Positions 9,712-19,229 of a stretch of DNA of 64,000 nucleotides are shown here, piece after piece. A model generated the notes under the pieces. The model had not been told where the DNA came from, ran no database searches, and saw nothing but the letters and a program-made list of their open reading frames with translations. The stretch's first letter is position 1. Every line of letters starts with the position of its first letter. The DNA lies in the IMG/VR virus record IMGVR_UViG_3300049489_001336, positions 1 through 64,000 of that record; one strand, 5' to 3'. A program made the translations under genes and the position numbers. The stretch comes from a virus.

Positions 9712-10599
9712 TCACATCGCTTCGTTGAAATTAATTTCGTCCGTAGACTCTGCGATAGTGTCAATTGCACCCGCGTCGCCAGCGCTTGTACCACCGCCCG
9801 TTCCACGGCTCTTACGGTACTCTTCCTGCTGAAGGACGTACCGCTTGTGCTGAGCAGACGCGAACTCGTACAAAATGTGGCAAATCTTCGAAACGTTTTC
9901 CGGTGTACGCTTGGACTGCGGCGTAACCTTCATCGTGAAATACGTCGCGTTTTTCTGGCCTTGCTGCTTTTCCGAAGCAAGCGTAAACGCGCGACTCCAC
10001 AAGTACGGAGGACGCGCCAGCTGCTGTATAATCTTGCCAGCAGGCGCACTTGATTTGATAAATTCGATGCGATAAATCGCCGACAAGTCTTCGGCTACGA
10101 TGACGTAATTAGTCCCAGGGCTGCATTCAGGACGAACGCCAGGCGTGAATTGTCCGTAGGGACAGCTCTTGCAGTCGCCATATACGGAACCTGTCTTGCC
10201 GTCAAGCGACTGGCATTCAATCTTATCGTCAGCCCATTTACGCCGAATCCTATTCATATACAGCGGAATGAAACTCAAGGTATCGCCAATGAGATCTCCC
10301 GTTGACGTGTATAGCTGCCCCGGTTTACAATCCTCCGGGACGCGTTGCGAGTTAGAACTGTTCTGGCGCAGCATTACTTGGGGTAGCGCTTTTCGCTGCC
10401 CCTCATCCATGCCGATGATTTTAGGGCTCGTCTGTGCTGCCAGAGACAAGATCTTATTCGCAAGCTCTTCGTCGTTCTGCAGAGAATCGGCCAAGTCACT
10501 GAGAGTCGTCGGAACTGTGTTCAACGTATCGTCGAACAACTGGATAGCAGCTTCGGGGCTCATGTCTTTGCTTATGTCTTTGCTCATGTCTTTGCTCAT
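9712..10599 (-). CDS. Putative ssDNA-binding/annealing protein
   Basis: C.S.DG..G....C..CP..F....C Cys pattern, acidic C-terminal tail (AESTDEINFNEAM), and position beside nuclease, primase and polymerase. The function is inferred. Confidence 0.5.
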   Translation of the reverse strand: MSKDMSKDISKDMSPEAAIQLFDDTLNTVPTTLSDLADSLQNDEELANKILSLAAQTSPKIIGMDEGQRKALPQVMLRQNSSNSQRVPEDCKPGQLYTSTGDLIGDTLSFIPLYMNRIRRKWADDKIECQSLDGKTGSVYGDCKSCPYGQFTPGVRPECSPGTNYVIVAEDLSAIYRIEFIKSSAPAGKIIQQLARPPYLWSRAFTLASEKQQGQKNATYFTMKVTPQSKRTPENVSKICHILYEFASAQHKRYVLQQEEYRKSRGTGGGTSAGDAGAIDTIAESTDEINFNEAM

Positions 10600-10604
10600 G
10601 TCTT
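10559..10604. repeat. 12-bp tandem repeat (~3.8 copies) encoding MSKD-MSKD-ISKD-MS
   Basis: Units ctcatgtctttg / cttatgtctttg / ctcatgtctttg / ctcatgtctt read directly from the sequence. Confidence 0.9.
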
Positions 10605-10689
10605 AGTTTGGGTCTTTGTTTTTTAAGGACTACAAGACCGACGAGACTACTTCAAAGCTTCTCGCACTACAAACAAATTCGAGGAATAC

Positions 10690-11403
10690 ATGAGCTCCAA
10701 CGCATCTTCAGGTTCGCTTTCACGGTATTACAAAGAAGTGGAAGCAACCCGTATGCTGGGTGCTGAAGAAGAGCGAGAGCTAATCCTGTTGTACAAGAAG
10801 ACAAAGGATCCGCGCGCCAAAGACAAAATACTCAAGGGGGCCTTGCGCTACGTTATTTCTGAAGCGCGCAAACACCCTAGAAGCCTGATGGAGCGCACCA
10901 TCCTTGAGGACTTGATCGCTGCAGGTAACATAGGTTTACTTCGTGCTTTAAATAAGTTCGATACCAATGCAGGCACACGGTTTTTAACCTATGCAAGTTG
11001 GTGGGTCCGTCATGAGATGCGAGAAGAAGGACGCAGGCTCGGCTTAGTACACGTACCCGCGCATGCGATGGCTAAAGGAGCTAAATCTCCTAATACGACT
11101 GAGTTCAACGAAGCAGTCACTTCTGAGATGGACATTCTCGTAGAAGACTGCGCTATAGACATCGACATGCAGCAGAGTATGCTTAAGCTTTTTACTCTGA
11201 CAAATTTATCTGTAAGAGAAGTGTTTATCGTCAAAGCGTCTTTCGGGATTCACACAGCCCCCAAAACGCTAAAGCAAATCGGACGTATTCTTGAGATTAC
11301 AGGAGAGCGCGTGCGGCAACTACGTGAGTCGGCCGTAGCCAAATTACGTAGCACCGCAGCGCGCATGCGTGACGAATCAGATGACGCAGACGCCTGTTTT
11401 TAG
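10690..11403 (+). CDS. Sigma70-family RNA polymerase sigma factor
   Basis: Region 1.2 (LSRYYKEV...LGAEEERELI), region 2 (DLIAAGNIGLLRALNKFD...RFLTYASWWVR) and region 4 HTH (TLKQIGRILEITGERVRQL). Confidence 0.9.
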   Translation: MSSNASSGSLSRYYKEVEATRMLGAEEERELILLYKKTKDPRAKDKILKGALRYVISEARKHPRSLMERTILEDLIAAGNIGLLRALNKFDTNAGTRFLTYASWWVRHEMREEGRRLGLVHVPAHAMAKGAKSPNTTEFNEAVTSEMDILVEDCAIDIDMQQSMLKLFTLTNLSVREVFIVKASFGIHTAPKTLKQIGRILEITGERVRQLRESAVAKLRSTAARMRDESDDADACF

Positions 11404-12395
11404 CGGGCGTTCTCGACAGGGTTTTTACGCGGACGTCCTCTGCGTTTTACAGGTGTTTCGACTATACCTGTCACAGGGGTTTCGTCAGCGGCTTTTGTGT
11501 CTTCACCGTCTTCTGCGTCATCGACTTTGTTGTCTTTGCTGTGATAATTCGTGTCGGAGTACTTTACGCTGGGCTTAATTTCCTTAATCTCCGTGTCTCC
11601 CAACGCAATGCGCAAACCTGCTGCTACTCCGTTAAAAAATGCTTTTTCGTCTTTGGCATTGATTTTGGACTCGGCCTCATACGAGACGTCGCTCACATAC
11701 TGAACGAGGTTCTTCGCGGAAGGCCGGCCTTTGTTGGAGTACTTTCGGCGTTTACCGCTCTCGCTCGCGGCGTCTTTGAGGAGCTGTTTTGCCTCAGCAC
11801 GCGAGTCTGAGTTCAACACCTGGCCGACAAGTTCCTTTTGCTCTTCTTCAGGAACGTCAGCAATATACAATGCCTGGTCCAGCGTAATCGCGCCCGTGCG
11901 TAGCGCGGTCTGTGCCTCTGGAGCGAGCTGCGTTGCCACCTTGTAGTGGTAACTAACCCACGACTGGTTTCGCCCTAGCTTGGCTCCAATTTCACGCTGA
12001 TCCATTCCCGCTTGCACCATCCGGCGCACTTGCTGGGAAATCTCATATGTCGAAAGCTGTTTACGGTCGATGTTTTCACGCAGATTCCGAACGCGCATGT
12101 CTTCGAGGTTGCCCTCGTTGATCACAACATCGAGTACCGCATAAAAATCGGGCCCGTGCTCTTCACGAAGCTTCTTCAACGCATAATAACGTCTGAAACC
12201 GTACACTAGGAAATAACGGTCGGTGTCATTACCCCGTACCGTTACGCCTACTGGTTGCAGCAGTCCCTGGTCATAGATGGACTGCTTGAGCTCTTCGATT
12301 TCAATATAATCTTTACGACAATTGAAATCCGCATCAGCAACAATCGATTCAAACGGTACCTGGATGATGCGCTTCTTGACGGGCATTTCCGACAT
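11400..12395 (-). CDS. parB: ParB/Spo0J-like protein with HTH and C-terminal AT-hook-like motif
   Basis: IEELKQSIYDQGLLQPVGV, LVYGFRRY (G.RR box), ENIDRKQLS..E, HTH QREIGAKLGRNQSWVS, and C-terminal KRRGRPRK. Confidence 0.85.
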   Translation of the reverse strand: MSEMPVKKRIIQVPFESIVADADFNCRKDYIEIEELKQSIYDQGLLQPVGVTVRGNDTDRYFLVYGFRRYYALKKLREEHGPDFYAVLDVVINEGNLEDMRVRNLRENIDRKQLSTYEISQQVRRMVQAGMDQREIGAKLGRNQSWVSYHYKVATQLAPEAQTALRTGAITLDQALYIADVPEEEQKELVGQVLNSDSRAEAKQLLKDAASESGKRRKYSNKGRPSAKNLVQYVSDVSYEAESKINAKDEKAFFNGVAAGLRIALGDTEIKEIKPSVKYSDTNYHSKDNKVDDAEDGEDTKAADETPVTGIVETPVKRRGRPRKNPVENAR

Positions 12396-12611
12396 TCCCC
12401 TTTACCAGTTTCTGAATCAGGGCTAAAAAGTCCACTAAGGCTTTGCCTGTTTCACCCAGGGTCAAAGACTCGCAGATATGAAGAATTACTTCTAGTAAAA
12501 TTGCTAGAACTTTTCCCCAATTCATCGAAGCAGTTTGCGTAGACTGACTTTCGCCTCTCGGTTCTTTTCCATACCGAGACCCCGACTTAAAGTAGTATCG
12601 TGTCGTTATCG

Positions 12612-12860
12612 TTACTCTCTGCGTTCCCGTAACCAAGCAGCCTCCTCCCTTACCTTATCTTTGTTGATATAGGTAAGGTTGAGATTGGGTAACGCCACCC
12701 CCTCAAGTACGTCTCCCACAGCCTGGTGAAATTCCGAGAGAATTTCGTCTCTCGGACCATTCGCAGCGACACTCACAATATACAGAGCTCTGATAATGCT
12801 TGCGCGCTGCGTAATGAGCTCATTTATCGCACGAACAATATCACTTCGCTTCGTTTGCAT
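12612..12860 (-). CDS. Hypothetical protein
   Basis: Start taken at MQTKRSD so that it is coupled to the upstream ORF end. Confidence 0.55.
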   Translation of the reverse strand: MQTKRSDIVRAINELITQRASIIRALYIVSVAANGPRDEILSEFHQAVGDVLEGVALPNLNLTYINKDKVREEAAWLRERRE

Positions 12861-13410
12861 TCGACGTGTTCTCGAACGGCTTAGACCCGTGTTCAGGGCA
12901 TAAAACAACGCGCCCGTGCCGTTGGCACGTTGCCCCACAAAGGGGGCACTCGTCAATAGACTGGCCAAGTTTTTCACTTGGTCGGGGGGATTCATCTACG
13001 CCAAACTTCTCCATAAGACTGCTCTCTTCGGTAACCACGGCAGGAGAAGCGTACTCTCTTTTACCGCGTTTTGAGTTGGGTTTAGCTCTAGCACGCGGTT
13101 CCCTTTTTGGGAATAGCGTAGAACGCGTCAATTCTTGGAGAAGGCGAAACATGCCCCGTTCGGCACGAGGCACTACGGTATTCAAAATACTGAGTTTATT
13201 GCGATAAAGGACGGCTAGGTCTGGAAGAGGTCCTTCTAGCGTCCGAATAAACGCATTTATCTTAGACGCGTTCTCTTGCTTCTGTAAGAGTTCGCGCTGG
13301 CGTTTTTTAGCTTCTTCGAGGGAAAGCTTTAAGGTATACATGCGTCCGGTACGGTCACATTGGACGGGTAGCTCGACACGAATGTCACTCGTCAGACCGC
13401 TCTTCGGCAT
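12841..13410 (-). CDS. Hypothetical protein with C-terminal Zn ribbon
   Basis: CPLCG...CPEHG at the C-terminus; tightly coupled to both neighbours. Confidence 0.6.
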   Translation of the reverse strand: MPKSGLTSDIRVELPVQCDRTGRMYTLKLSLEEAKKRQRELLQKQENASKINAFIRTLEGPLPDLAVLYRNKLSILNTVVPRAERGMFRLLQELTRSTLFPKREPRARAKPNSKRGKREYASPAVVTEESSLMEKFGVDESPRPSEKLGQSIDECPLCGATCQRHGRVVLCPEHGSKPFENTSNANEAK

Positions 13411-13819
13411 AAATGACGCTTGCCTCGGTGTACACGTCTCGCTTAGAAGCAGCGATTACGTCTTCGACGTTACCGCCCATTTGCGTGTAGACCCGCAACA
13501 TACTCGAAAGTGTTTTTTCAAGCACGTCTTTTCCTAAGACCACGGTAGCCAAAGGAATGCGCCCTGTGTAATCTGCAAAGTCCAGCTGCGCACCAATAGG
13601 TACGTTCACCAACGCGTTTTCCTCGTTGCGATACAATGAGGCATTACAGCGCGCATTCGGGTGGTTTAACGCAGGTGTGCGCTGAAACAAAATAACCGTT
13701 GCGTAACCTTCTTCAGGTCGCAATGGCGTAGGGGCAGATAGATTCTCGCGTATCTCCCGCGGCAGCCTCGATAAATCTGGACGGAAATTAGAATTATCCC
13801 AATAATTGCTGCCAGCCAT
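13385..13819 (-). CDS. Hypothetical protein
   Basis: TAATG stop/start overlap with the upstream nuclease gene (MAGSNYW start). Confidence 0.65.
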   Translation of the reverse strand: MAGSNYWDNSNFRPDLSRLPREIRENLSAPTPLRPEEGYATVILFQRTPALNHPNARCNASLYRNEENALVNVPIGAQLDFADYTGRIPLATVVLGKDVLEKTLSSMLRVYTQMGGNVEDVIAASKRDVYTEASVIYAEERSDE

Positions 13820-14682
13820 TAGCGTTTCCTTCCGCGACAGTCGCCCCAGTACGGACACCACTTAGCCGAGCACCACCAGTTCTCTGGATTGGTCTTTCTG
13901 AAGCGGCCTCCAGCAATGTCCTCAGCCACTTGACCTACTACGTCCAAAGCATGTAACACTTCTTGCCGAGAACGAACAGCCTCTGTTCTCACAAAACGAA
14001 TAGGCAAGGTTTTGGTGGGCTTAACTAGCTGGTCAAGGCGTACGGCAGGCTTACCTGTCACGTGAGCGTATAGGCTCAACTGCAAGCTGTTGTCGGCCTC
14101 GGCTTGGGCTGCTGCTTTTTTCTTTGTCTTCAGGTCGGCGATCGCGTCCTCTTCTTCGAGGTCGATAACCCCAAGGAACGGTAGCGCCTGGCCTTCATTC
14201 GTAATGAGATTTACACGGATAATACGCTCAGCCGCCACAGGCTTGATAGGCGCGTATGTGCCGCCTTTCTCCTTAGGCTCATGCCCTAATGCAACTTTTC
14301 GATACTTCTTTGTGAGGTTAATACCGATATCTTTCAACTTAGAAGAATCGTCTTCCTCATCCAATAACGCGTCTTTTATTTCTTTATCGTGCAGCTCTGA
14401 GTACGTTTCGAGCATCTCTTCTTCGGAAAAAGGCTCGTTCGCAATCATAGCAAGGTGCAGTTTTTCTGCTGCCTTGTGCACCCCTCTGCCTTGGACCTGA
14501 AATCCCGTAGAAGGGACTTGGCGTTCCATGACATAACGAAAGTAATAAGCTTCGCCGCATTTCATGTACTGCGTAACTTGCGAAATGGACAAATATCCGC
14601 GCGGTAAGCGGTCCTTGTAATAGTCATCTTCAGCGGTCGTAGGAATAGAAACCATGTCCTCGCTGTCAATGGAATCAAACAT
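13819..14682 (-). CDS. Second PD-(D/E)XK nuclease (RecB/Cas4-like)
   Basis: YLSISQ...C...YYFRY, GRGVH, GVIDL...ADLKT, QLSLY, and C-terminal WCSAKWCPYWGDC. Confidence 0.8.
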   Translation of the reverse strand: MFDSIDSEDMVSIPTTAEDDYYKDRLPRGYLSISQVTQYMKCGEAYYFRYVMERQVPSTGFQVQGRGVHKAAEKLHLAMIANEPFSEEEMLETYSELHDKEIKDALLDEEDDSSKLKDIGINLTKKYRKVALGHEPKEKGGTYAPIKPVAAERIIRVNLITNEGQALPFLGVIDLEEEDAIADLKTKKKAAAQAEADNSLQLSLYAHVTGKPAVRLDQLVKPTKTLPIRFVRTEAVRSRQEVLHALDVVGQVAEDIAGGRFRKTNPENWWCSAKWCPYWGDCRGRKR

Positions 14683-15076
14683 TGCGCGGCCCCCTCTGCT
14701 CCAGTTCTCGGCTTCGTCGAATTACGTCTTGAATATCAGATCCGTCGACATCCCTATTGATGACAGCCTCCATCCGCCCCGTACGCCTAGACGGCGTCGG
14801 GTCTAGGAGCTGTGTGAACCCCAAAGGCGGATTGTCGTCCGTAGCTACAGGCTCGTCCTCATCATCCTCTACAGGCTGTGCACGCGCGCTGTGTCTAGGG
14901 GTTTCTGCCGGTTTATCCGGCAAAATATTAGCGTGTACTTTGATGCCGTCCGGGAATGCCCCCTTAAAGAGCTCGCAGAGTTCGTCAATGTTTTTGACCT
15001 CGAAACCTTCGCGTTCGAAGTAGTCAATGATCATTTTCCGGAGGTCTTCGTCTTCGAATTCTAGCTGGATTTTCAT
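14675..15076 (-). CDS. Hypothetical acidic protein
   Basis: Open frame coupled to the SNF2 gene and the nuclease gene. Confidence 0.65.
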   Translation of the reverse strand: MKIQLEFEDEDLRKMIIDYFEREGFEVKNIDELCELFKGAFPDGIKVHANILPDKPAETPRHSARAQPVEDDEDEPVATDDNPPLGFTQLLDPTPSRRTGRMEAVINRDVDGSDIQDVIRRSRELEQRGPRNV

Positions 15077-16983
15077 GGGATAGGCCTCACCGAAGAAATA
15101 TGCCGGAGCATTGTACGGTCATATTTACAATCAGGGTCATACAACTTTATGTTGTATTTCTGACAGCGTTTGTAGAAGTCAGGACACGTAGCACACAACG
15201 GATTCGTAGTTGTGACTAGTTTGCTGAAATCCATTTTTAAGTCAACGGCTTTAACTTTGGCCTCATCCAAAGTATGCCGTGCGACCAAACGATAAACGGT
15301 CACTTTTCTTTTCTGACCAATTCGGTAATTACGATCAAGAGACTGTAGATAATGATCCAAGCTCCAAGGCAAGTTATAATAAATTGTATAATTTGCGGCA
15401 TTGAGGGTAACGCCGATCCCTGTTGAAACTTGGCCAATGTAAACTCTACAATCTGGGTCATTATTGAGCTTGTGCATACACTGCTGGAGTTTCTCTCGTG
15501 TGAAACCTCCGTGTACGCGCACGTAGCCGTAGCCTAGCCCAGAAACAGCCTTTTCCAAGTCGTCTAATTCAGGATGATAATTAGCCCAAATAATTACTTT
15601 ATTTTCAGGCTCTTCCAAAATGGTTTCTAACAGACCCGTGCAATGTTCCAAGCGCGAATTATGCTTGAACCTATGTGTAACGACAGGCGCCCTGTTTTTT
15701 ACGATGTGACAAAACTGCGTATACGGCTTAATTTCTTTTGCGACACAATCATGTACATGGGGACACTTCGTGCAAAGAGCAGGGTTATCCGTCGTTAAAT
15801 TGATGAAGCCACTGCTTATTTGGTCTACTTTGCCGAGAACTACGATGGGCTCATCCGCCAACACATGCGGTGCAACCGTGGTGCCTTGCTCGAAAGACAG
15901 AGATCCCTCTAGGATGTTTTCACGCAGGGCAAGCCCTGCCCCATAAGCCTTATCTCGTACAACATCATTGTACGCTATTTTCTGTTCATGGCTAATAGGG
16001 AAGACTTCATCAATGATTTGTTGATCAGGTAAATCGAGACATTCTTCTTTTGTTTTACGTAGGCAGATGAGGCGTACGCGATCATTCATGATGTCAAGGT
16101 TTTTGAAACCCAAGAGCATCTTAGGAACTGCTTCATCCTTCTCATGATCGGGAAAAACCCCAAACATCTTACGAAACTTCCACCAGTCCTCAGGACAGAA
16201 ATACGTGCCTAAAAAGCGAAGTTGTCCGTACATATCAAAAGGGGACCCCAGAGAAGGTGTCCCTGAAAGCAAAACACGACGGTATGCGCGTGCAGCCAAT
16301 GCCGTAGCCGCTTTAGTTCGGTTAGAGAACCGCGTTTTCAATTGATGCGATTCGTCTGCAAAAATGGCGTTGTAGCCTATTTTCAACAGATCGTCTGTAT
16401 ATAACGAAGCGACCGTATACGTAACAATCGTTGCTGTAGGTGCCTGGGCTTGTGCCTTTGCAATCCGCGCGAGTTTCTCTTTCTTAGAGCCATCGATGAT
16501 TAAAACATCACGTATATTCCCGTGCTTTTCAAATTCCTCAGCCCAAGTACCAAGCATCACAAGAGGACAAAGAATGAGCAGTTTGTCCCCGGTAAGACGT
16601 TGCAAATCAACAGTGATTTTGCATTTACCCAAGCCTGGTGAATAAAATAGGCCTGCGCGAATATACCGATACAAATGCAACAAACCGTCTCTTTGGTGTT
16701 GGTAAGGCGGCGTAATGAAACTAAAATCATCAGGTAAACTGCGCAACTGCTCTAATCGTTGTACGTGTGCGTTAACTTCCGGAGACAGCACTAAGGATGG
16801 AAGTGCCTTCTTAAGGTCGCCTAGTACAATCTGATGGACAGGATAGAACGCAGGGAAGCGCCAGGATTTCGTGGGACCGTTAAAAATAGCCCCATAGACA
16901 CTTTTCACTGTAGGCGGAGCGCCTTGCAGTGTAAAGATTGGGGTACCGTAAACATCGTCTAGTTTTAGCGTGGGGTTCAGCAT
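15073..16983 (-). CDS. SNF2/SF2 family helicase
   Basis: SPGLGKC (motif I), ADESHQLK (II), LLSGTP (III), TGIGVTLNAA (V) and SLDRNYRIGQ (VI). Confidence 0.88.
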   Translation of the reverse strand: MLNPTLKLDDVYGTPIFTLQGAPPTVKSVYGAIFNGPTKSWRFPAFYPVHQIVLGDLKKALPSLVLSPEVNAHVQRLEQLRSLPDDFSFITPPYQHQRDGLLHLYRYIRAGLFYSPGLGKCKITVDLQRLTGDKLLILCPLVMLGTWAEEFEKHGNIRDVLIIDGSKKEKLARIAKAQAQAPTATIVTYTVASLYTDDLLKIGYNAIFADESHQLKTRFSNRTKAATALAARAYRRVLLSGTPSLGSPFDMYGQLRFLGTYFCPEDWWKFRKMFGVFPDHEKDEAVPKMLLGFKNLDIMNDRVRLICLRKTKEECLDLPDQQIIDEVFPISHEQKIAYNDVVRDKAYGAGLALRENILEGSLSFEQGTTVAPHVLADEPIVVLGKVDQISSGFINLTTDNPALCTKCPHVHDCVAKEIKPYTQFCHIVKNRAPVVTHRFKHNSRLEHCTGLLETILEEPENKVIIWANYHPELDDLEKAVSGLGYGYVRVHGGFTREKLQQCMHKLNNDPDCRVYIGQVSTGIGVTLNAANYTIYYNLPWSLDHYLQSLDRNYRIGQKRKVTVYRLVARHTLDEAKVKAVDLKMDFSKLVTTTNPLCATCPDFYKRCQKYNIKLYDPDCKYDRTMLRHISSVRPIP

Positions 16984-18709
16984 GTCGGGCTTAGGGGAAC
17001 CAGGAATTTTGGATCTTGCAGGGTCAAGGGGCCGTGGCAGCCATCCTAACCCCATGTTCGACTTTCTTACAGGGTTTGCACCTCGTAAGTTAAAAGACCT
17101 ATTCCGTTGGGTCGAGTACCTTTACTACAATTCCGCCCACATCTTCGCCGCGATGAAAAAATTCGCGGAATATCCCGTCACTACCGTTTCTATCAACTCA
17201 AACGATGAAGCGTTAAAAACAAATTGGGAACGTGTCCTTAAGAAGCGCATCAAAATAAAGAGCGTAGGTATCTCATCGGGTTTGGATCTGCAGTTATACG
17301 GAAATTCTTTTACCTCCGTATACCACCCTTTTAACAGATTTTTAATCTGCAATCAATGCAATAGCCGCACGGGCATTCGCAAAGTTAAGTACAATTTCCA
17401 TCTAAAGTCCCTTAGCTTTAATTACCACTGTCCGGCTTGTCATAAGCCCACGACAGGCGTCATTCATGACGAAAAAGCTTCGGACGAAAACCGAATCACG
17501 GTGATTCGGTGGGATCCGAAGTTGATGGACATTAACCACAACCCCATCACAAATGAATCCAAGTATTACTACACAATCCCGCAAGAACTAAAGCACAAAG
17601 TAGAAAAAGGGGATGCGCACATCATCAACAGCACCCCTATCGAGTTCTTGAAGGCAATCAAAGACGATAAAGTCTTTGAATTTGCCGATGGTCAAATCTA
17701 CCATATGAAACTAGGAGCCCCTGCGGGTATTTCTTCGCAGTGGGGCTTTCCGCCATTAACAGCGACTATCAAGCTGTTCTTTTATACAGCGGTACTCCGT
17801 AAAGCGAACGAAGCTATCGCTTTTGAGCACATCGTACCGTTCCGGGTATTGCATCCGGCACCCACAAGCGGTGCAGCTGACCCTGCCCAAGTCATGAACA
17901 TGATGAAGTGGCGCCAAGAACTGGCGAGCAACATCAAGCGATGGCGGCGTGACCCCTTGCACATCATGTTTGCTCCCGCTGCACTTGGCGTCACCATGAT
18001 GGGTGGCCAAGGCCGTGCGCTCCTCACATTAGGGGAGATTAAAGAGGCCGAAGAAGAAATCATCGCAGGTATGGGTATTCCCAAAGAATTCCTTTACGGC
18101 GGGCTGTCCTTTACAGGTTCTTCTATTACGTTGCGCATGTTGGAGAACCAACTAGAGACGCACACCGAACAGCTCAATGAGCAGCTGGGTTGGATTATGC
18201 AACAGACTGCCAAAATCCTGGGTTGGAAGTCTGTTGAAGCCGAATACTTGCCGTTCAAACTCATCGATGACGCTCAACAGAAACAAGCGATGTTGCAGCT
18301 TCATCAGCTCACAGGCGGCCAAATTTCGACGAGTACGTTGTTCGAAAACAACGATCTCGACATCAATGATGAGCGTAAAAAACGGCTTCAGGAATCCCTG
18401 GACGAAGCGCGCTTTCAAATGGACCTGCAAAAGAAAATGCAGCAACTCCAGAACTCGCTTACAGAACAAGCGCGTCAAGAGGCCCAATCAGGGACTGGGC
18501 TCAGTTACGACATCCAGGCTGTTTTGTCTGCGGCTGAACAAATGGTCATGCAAATCAGCCAAGCGGATCCTGGTACACAAAAGTCCATGTTGGCGCAGCT
18601 CTCTCAAGAAGATCCGGTCATGTACGCTGTCGTAAAAGACCGTTGGCAAACCATGCAAAGTATGGAAAAACAGCAAATGACTGCTTCCATGCAACCCGGA
18701 CAAGCGTGA
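16982..18709 (+). CDS. Putative portal protein with Zn-ribbon insert and M/Q-rich tail
   Basis: Size, helical character and position as the first gene of the plus-strand virion module; CNQC...CPAC insert. No diagnostic motif, so the call rests on context. Confidence 0.55.
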   Translation: MSGLGEPGILDLAGSRGRGSHPNPMFDFLTGFAPRKLKDLFRWVEYLYYNSAHIFAAMKKFAEYPVTTVSINSNDEALKTNWERVLKKRIKIKSVGISSGLDLQLYGNSFTSVYHPFNRFLICNQCNSRTGIRKVKYNFHLKSLSFNYHCPACHKPTTGVIHDEKASDENRITVIRWDPKLMDINHNPITNESKYYYTIPQELKHKVEKGDAHIINSTPIEFLKAIKDDKVFEFADGQIYHMKLGAPAGISSQWGFPPLTATIKLFFYTAVLRKANEAIAFEHIVPFRVLHPAPTSGAADPAQVMNMMKWRQELASNIKRWRRDPLHIMFAPAALGVTMMGGQGRALLTLGEIKEAEEEIIAGMGIPKEFLYGGLSFTGSSITLRMLENQLETHTEQLNEQLGWIMQQTAKILGWKSVEAEYLPFKLIDDAQQKQAMLQLHQLTGGQISTSTLFENNDLDINDERKKRLQESLDEARFQMDLQKKMQQLQNSLTEQARQEAQSGTGLSYDIQAVLSAAEQMVMQISQADPGTQKSMLAQLSQEDPVMYAVVKDRWQTMQSMEKQQMTASMQPGQA

Positions 18710-18716
18710 TTAAGCA

Positions 18717-19229
18717 ATGTTTGACGATTTCGTAAAAGCACTAGAAAGCGCACAGACGCTTCCCGAGGCTTCCGATAACGCGAGCCCTATTCCTGACTTA
18801 TTACAGGGCAACGTTGTAAATAACTTGGTGCGCACAGTCACTAGTAGCGACTCCGACAAAATTCCAGGAACATCCGAATATAACCTAAATTTTCATTGTG
18901 CTCGCCTTACGATAGGTAAAATCCAAGTAGATTTCCAACAGGGGCAAGCTATCTACGAAGATATCGATGATAGCGAGCGTTTGAAGGAAATCATGGACAA
19001 GTCCCTAAGTGGGGCAGCTATCGTTAGTAAGAAAATAGAAACCTTTCTTAAGGACGGGACAATTGTAATCTGGCTTGAGTGGCTTGAACGAAACGCTAAA
19101 CCAATTGTACCTAAAAAAGAGCGAGATTACATGATGACAGACGAGCTCCTTACGCCGGAACACTCGTCTGTCATTAATGATGGTACTGCGGAACAAACAG
19201 ATGCTTACGGCAATGATTATGACGAATGA
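18717..19229 (+). CDS. Hypothetical acidic protein
   Basis: Open frame directly downstream of the putative portal. Confidence 0.65.
   Translation: MFDDFVKALESAQTLPEASDNASPIPDLLQGNVVNNLVRTVTSSDSDKIPGTSEYNLNFHCARLTIGKIQVDFQQGQAIYEDIDDSERLKEIMDKSLSGAAIVSKKIETFLKDGTIVIWLEWLERNAKPIVPKKERDYMMTDELLTPEHSSVINDGTAEQTDAYGNDYDE

Noticed and set aside
12440-12475. c-di-GMP-I riboswitch (GAAA...GCAAAGCC on the minus strand)
   Set aside because: The GGCAAAC half and the P1/P2 architecture are missing.
12349-12636. 95-aa minus-strand ORF in the track
   Set aside because: It overlaps both neighbours out of frame, has no RBS and no recognisable features.
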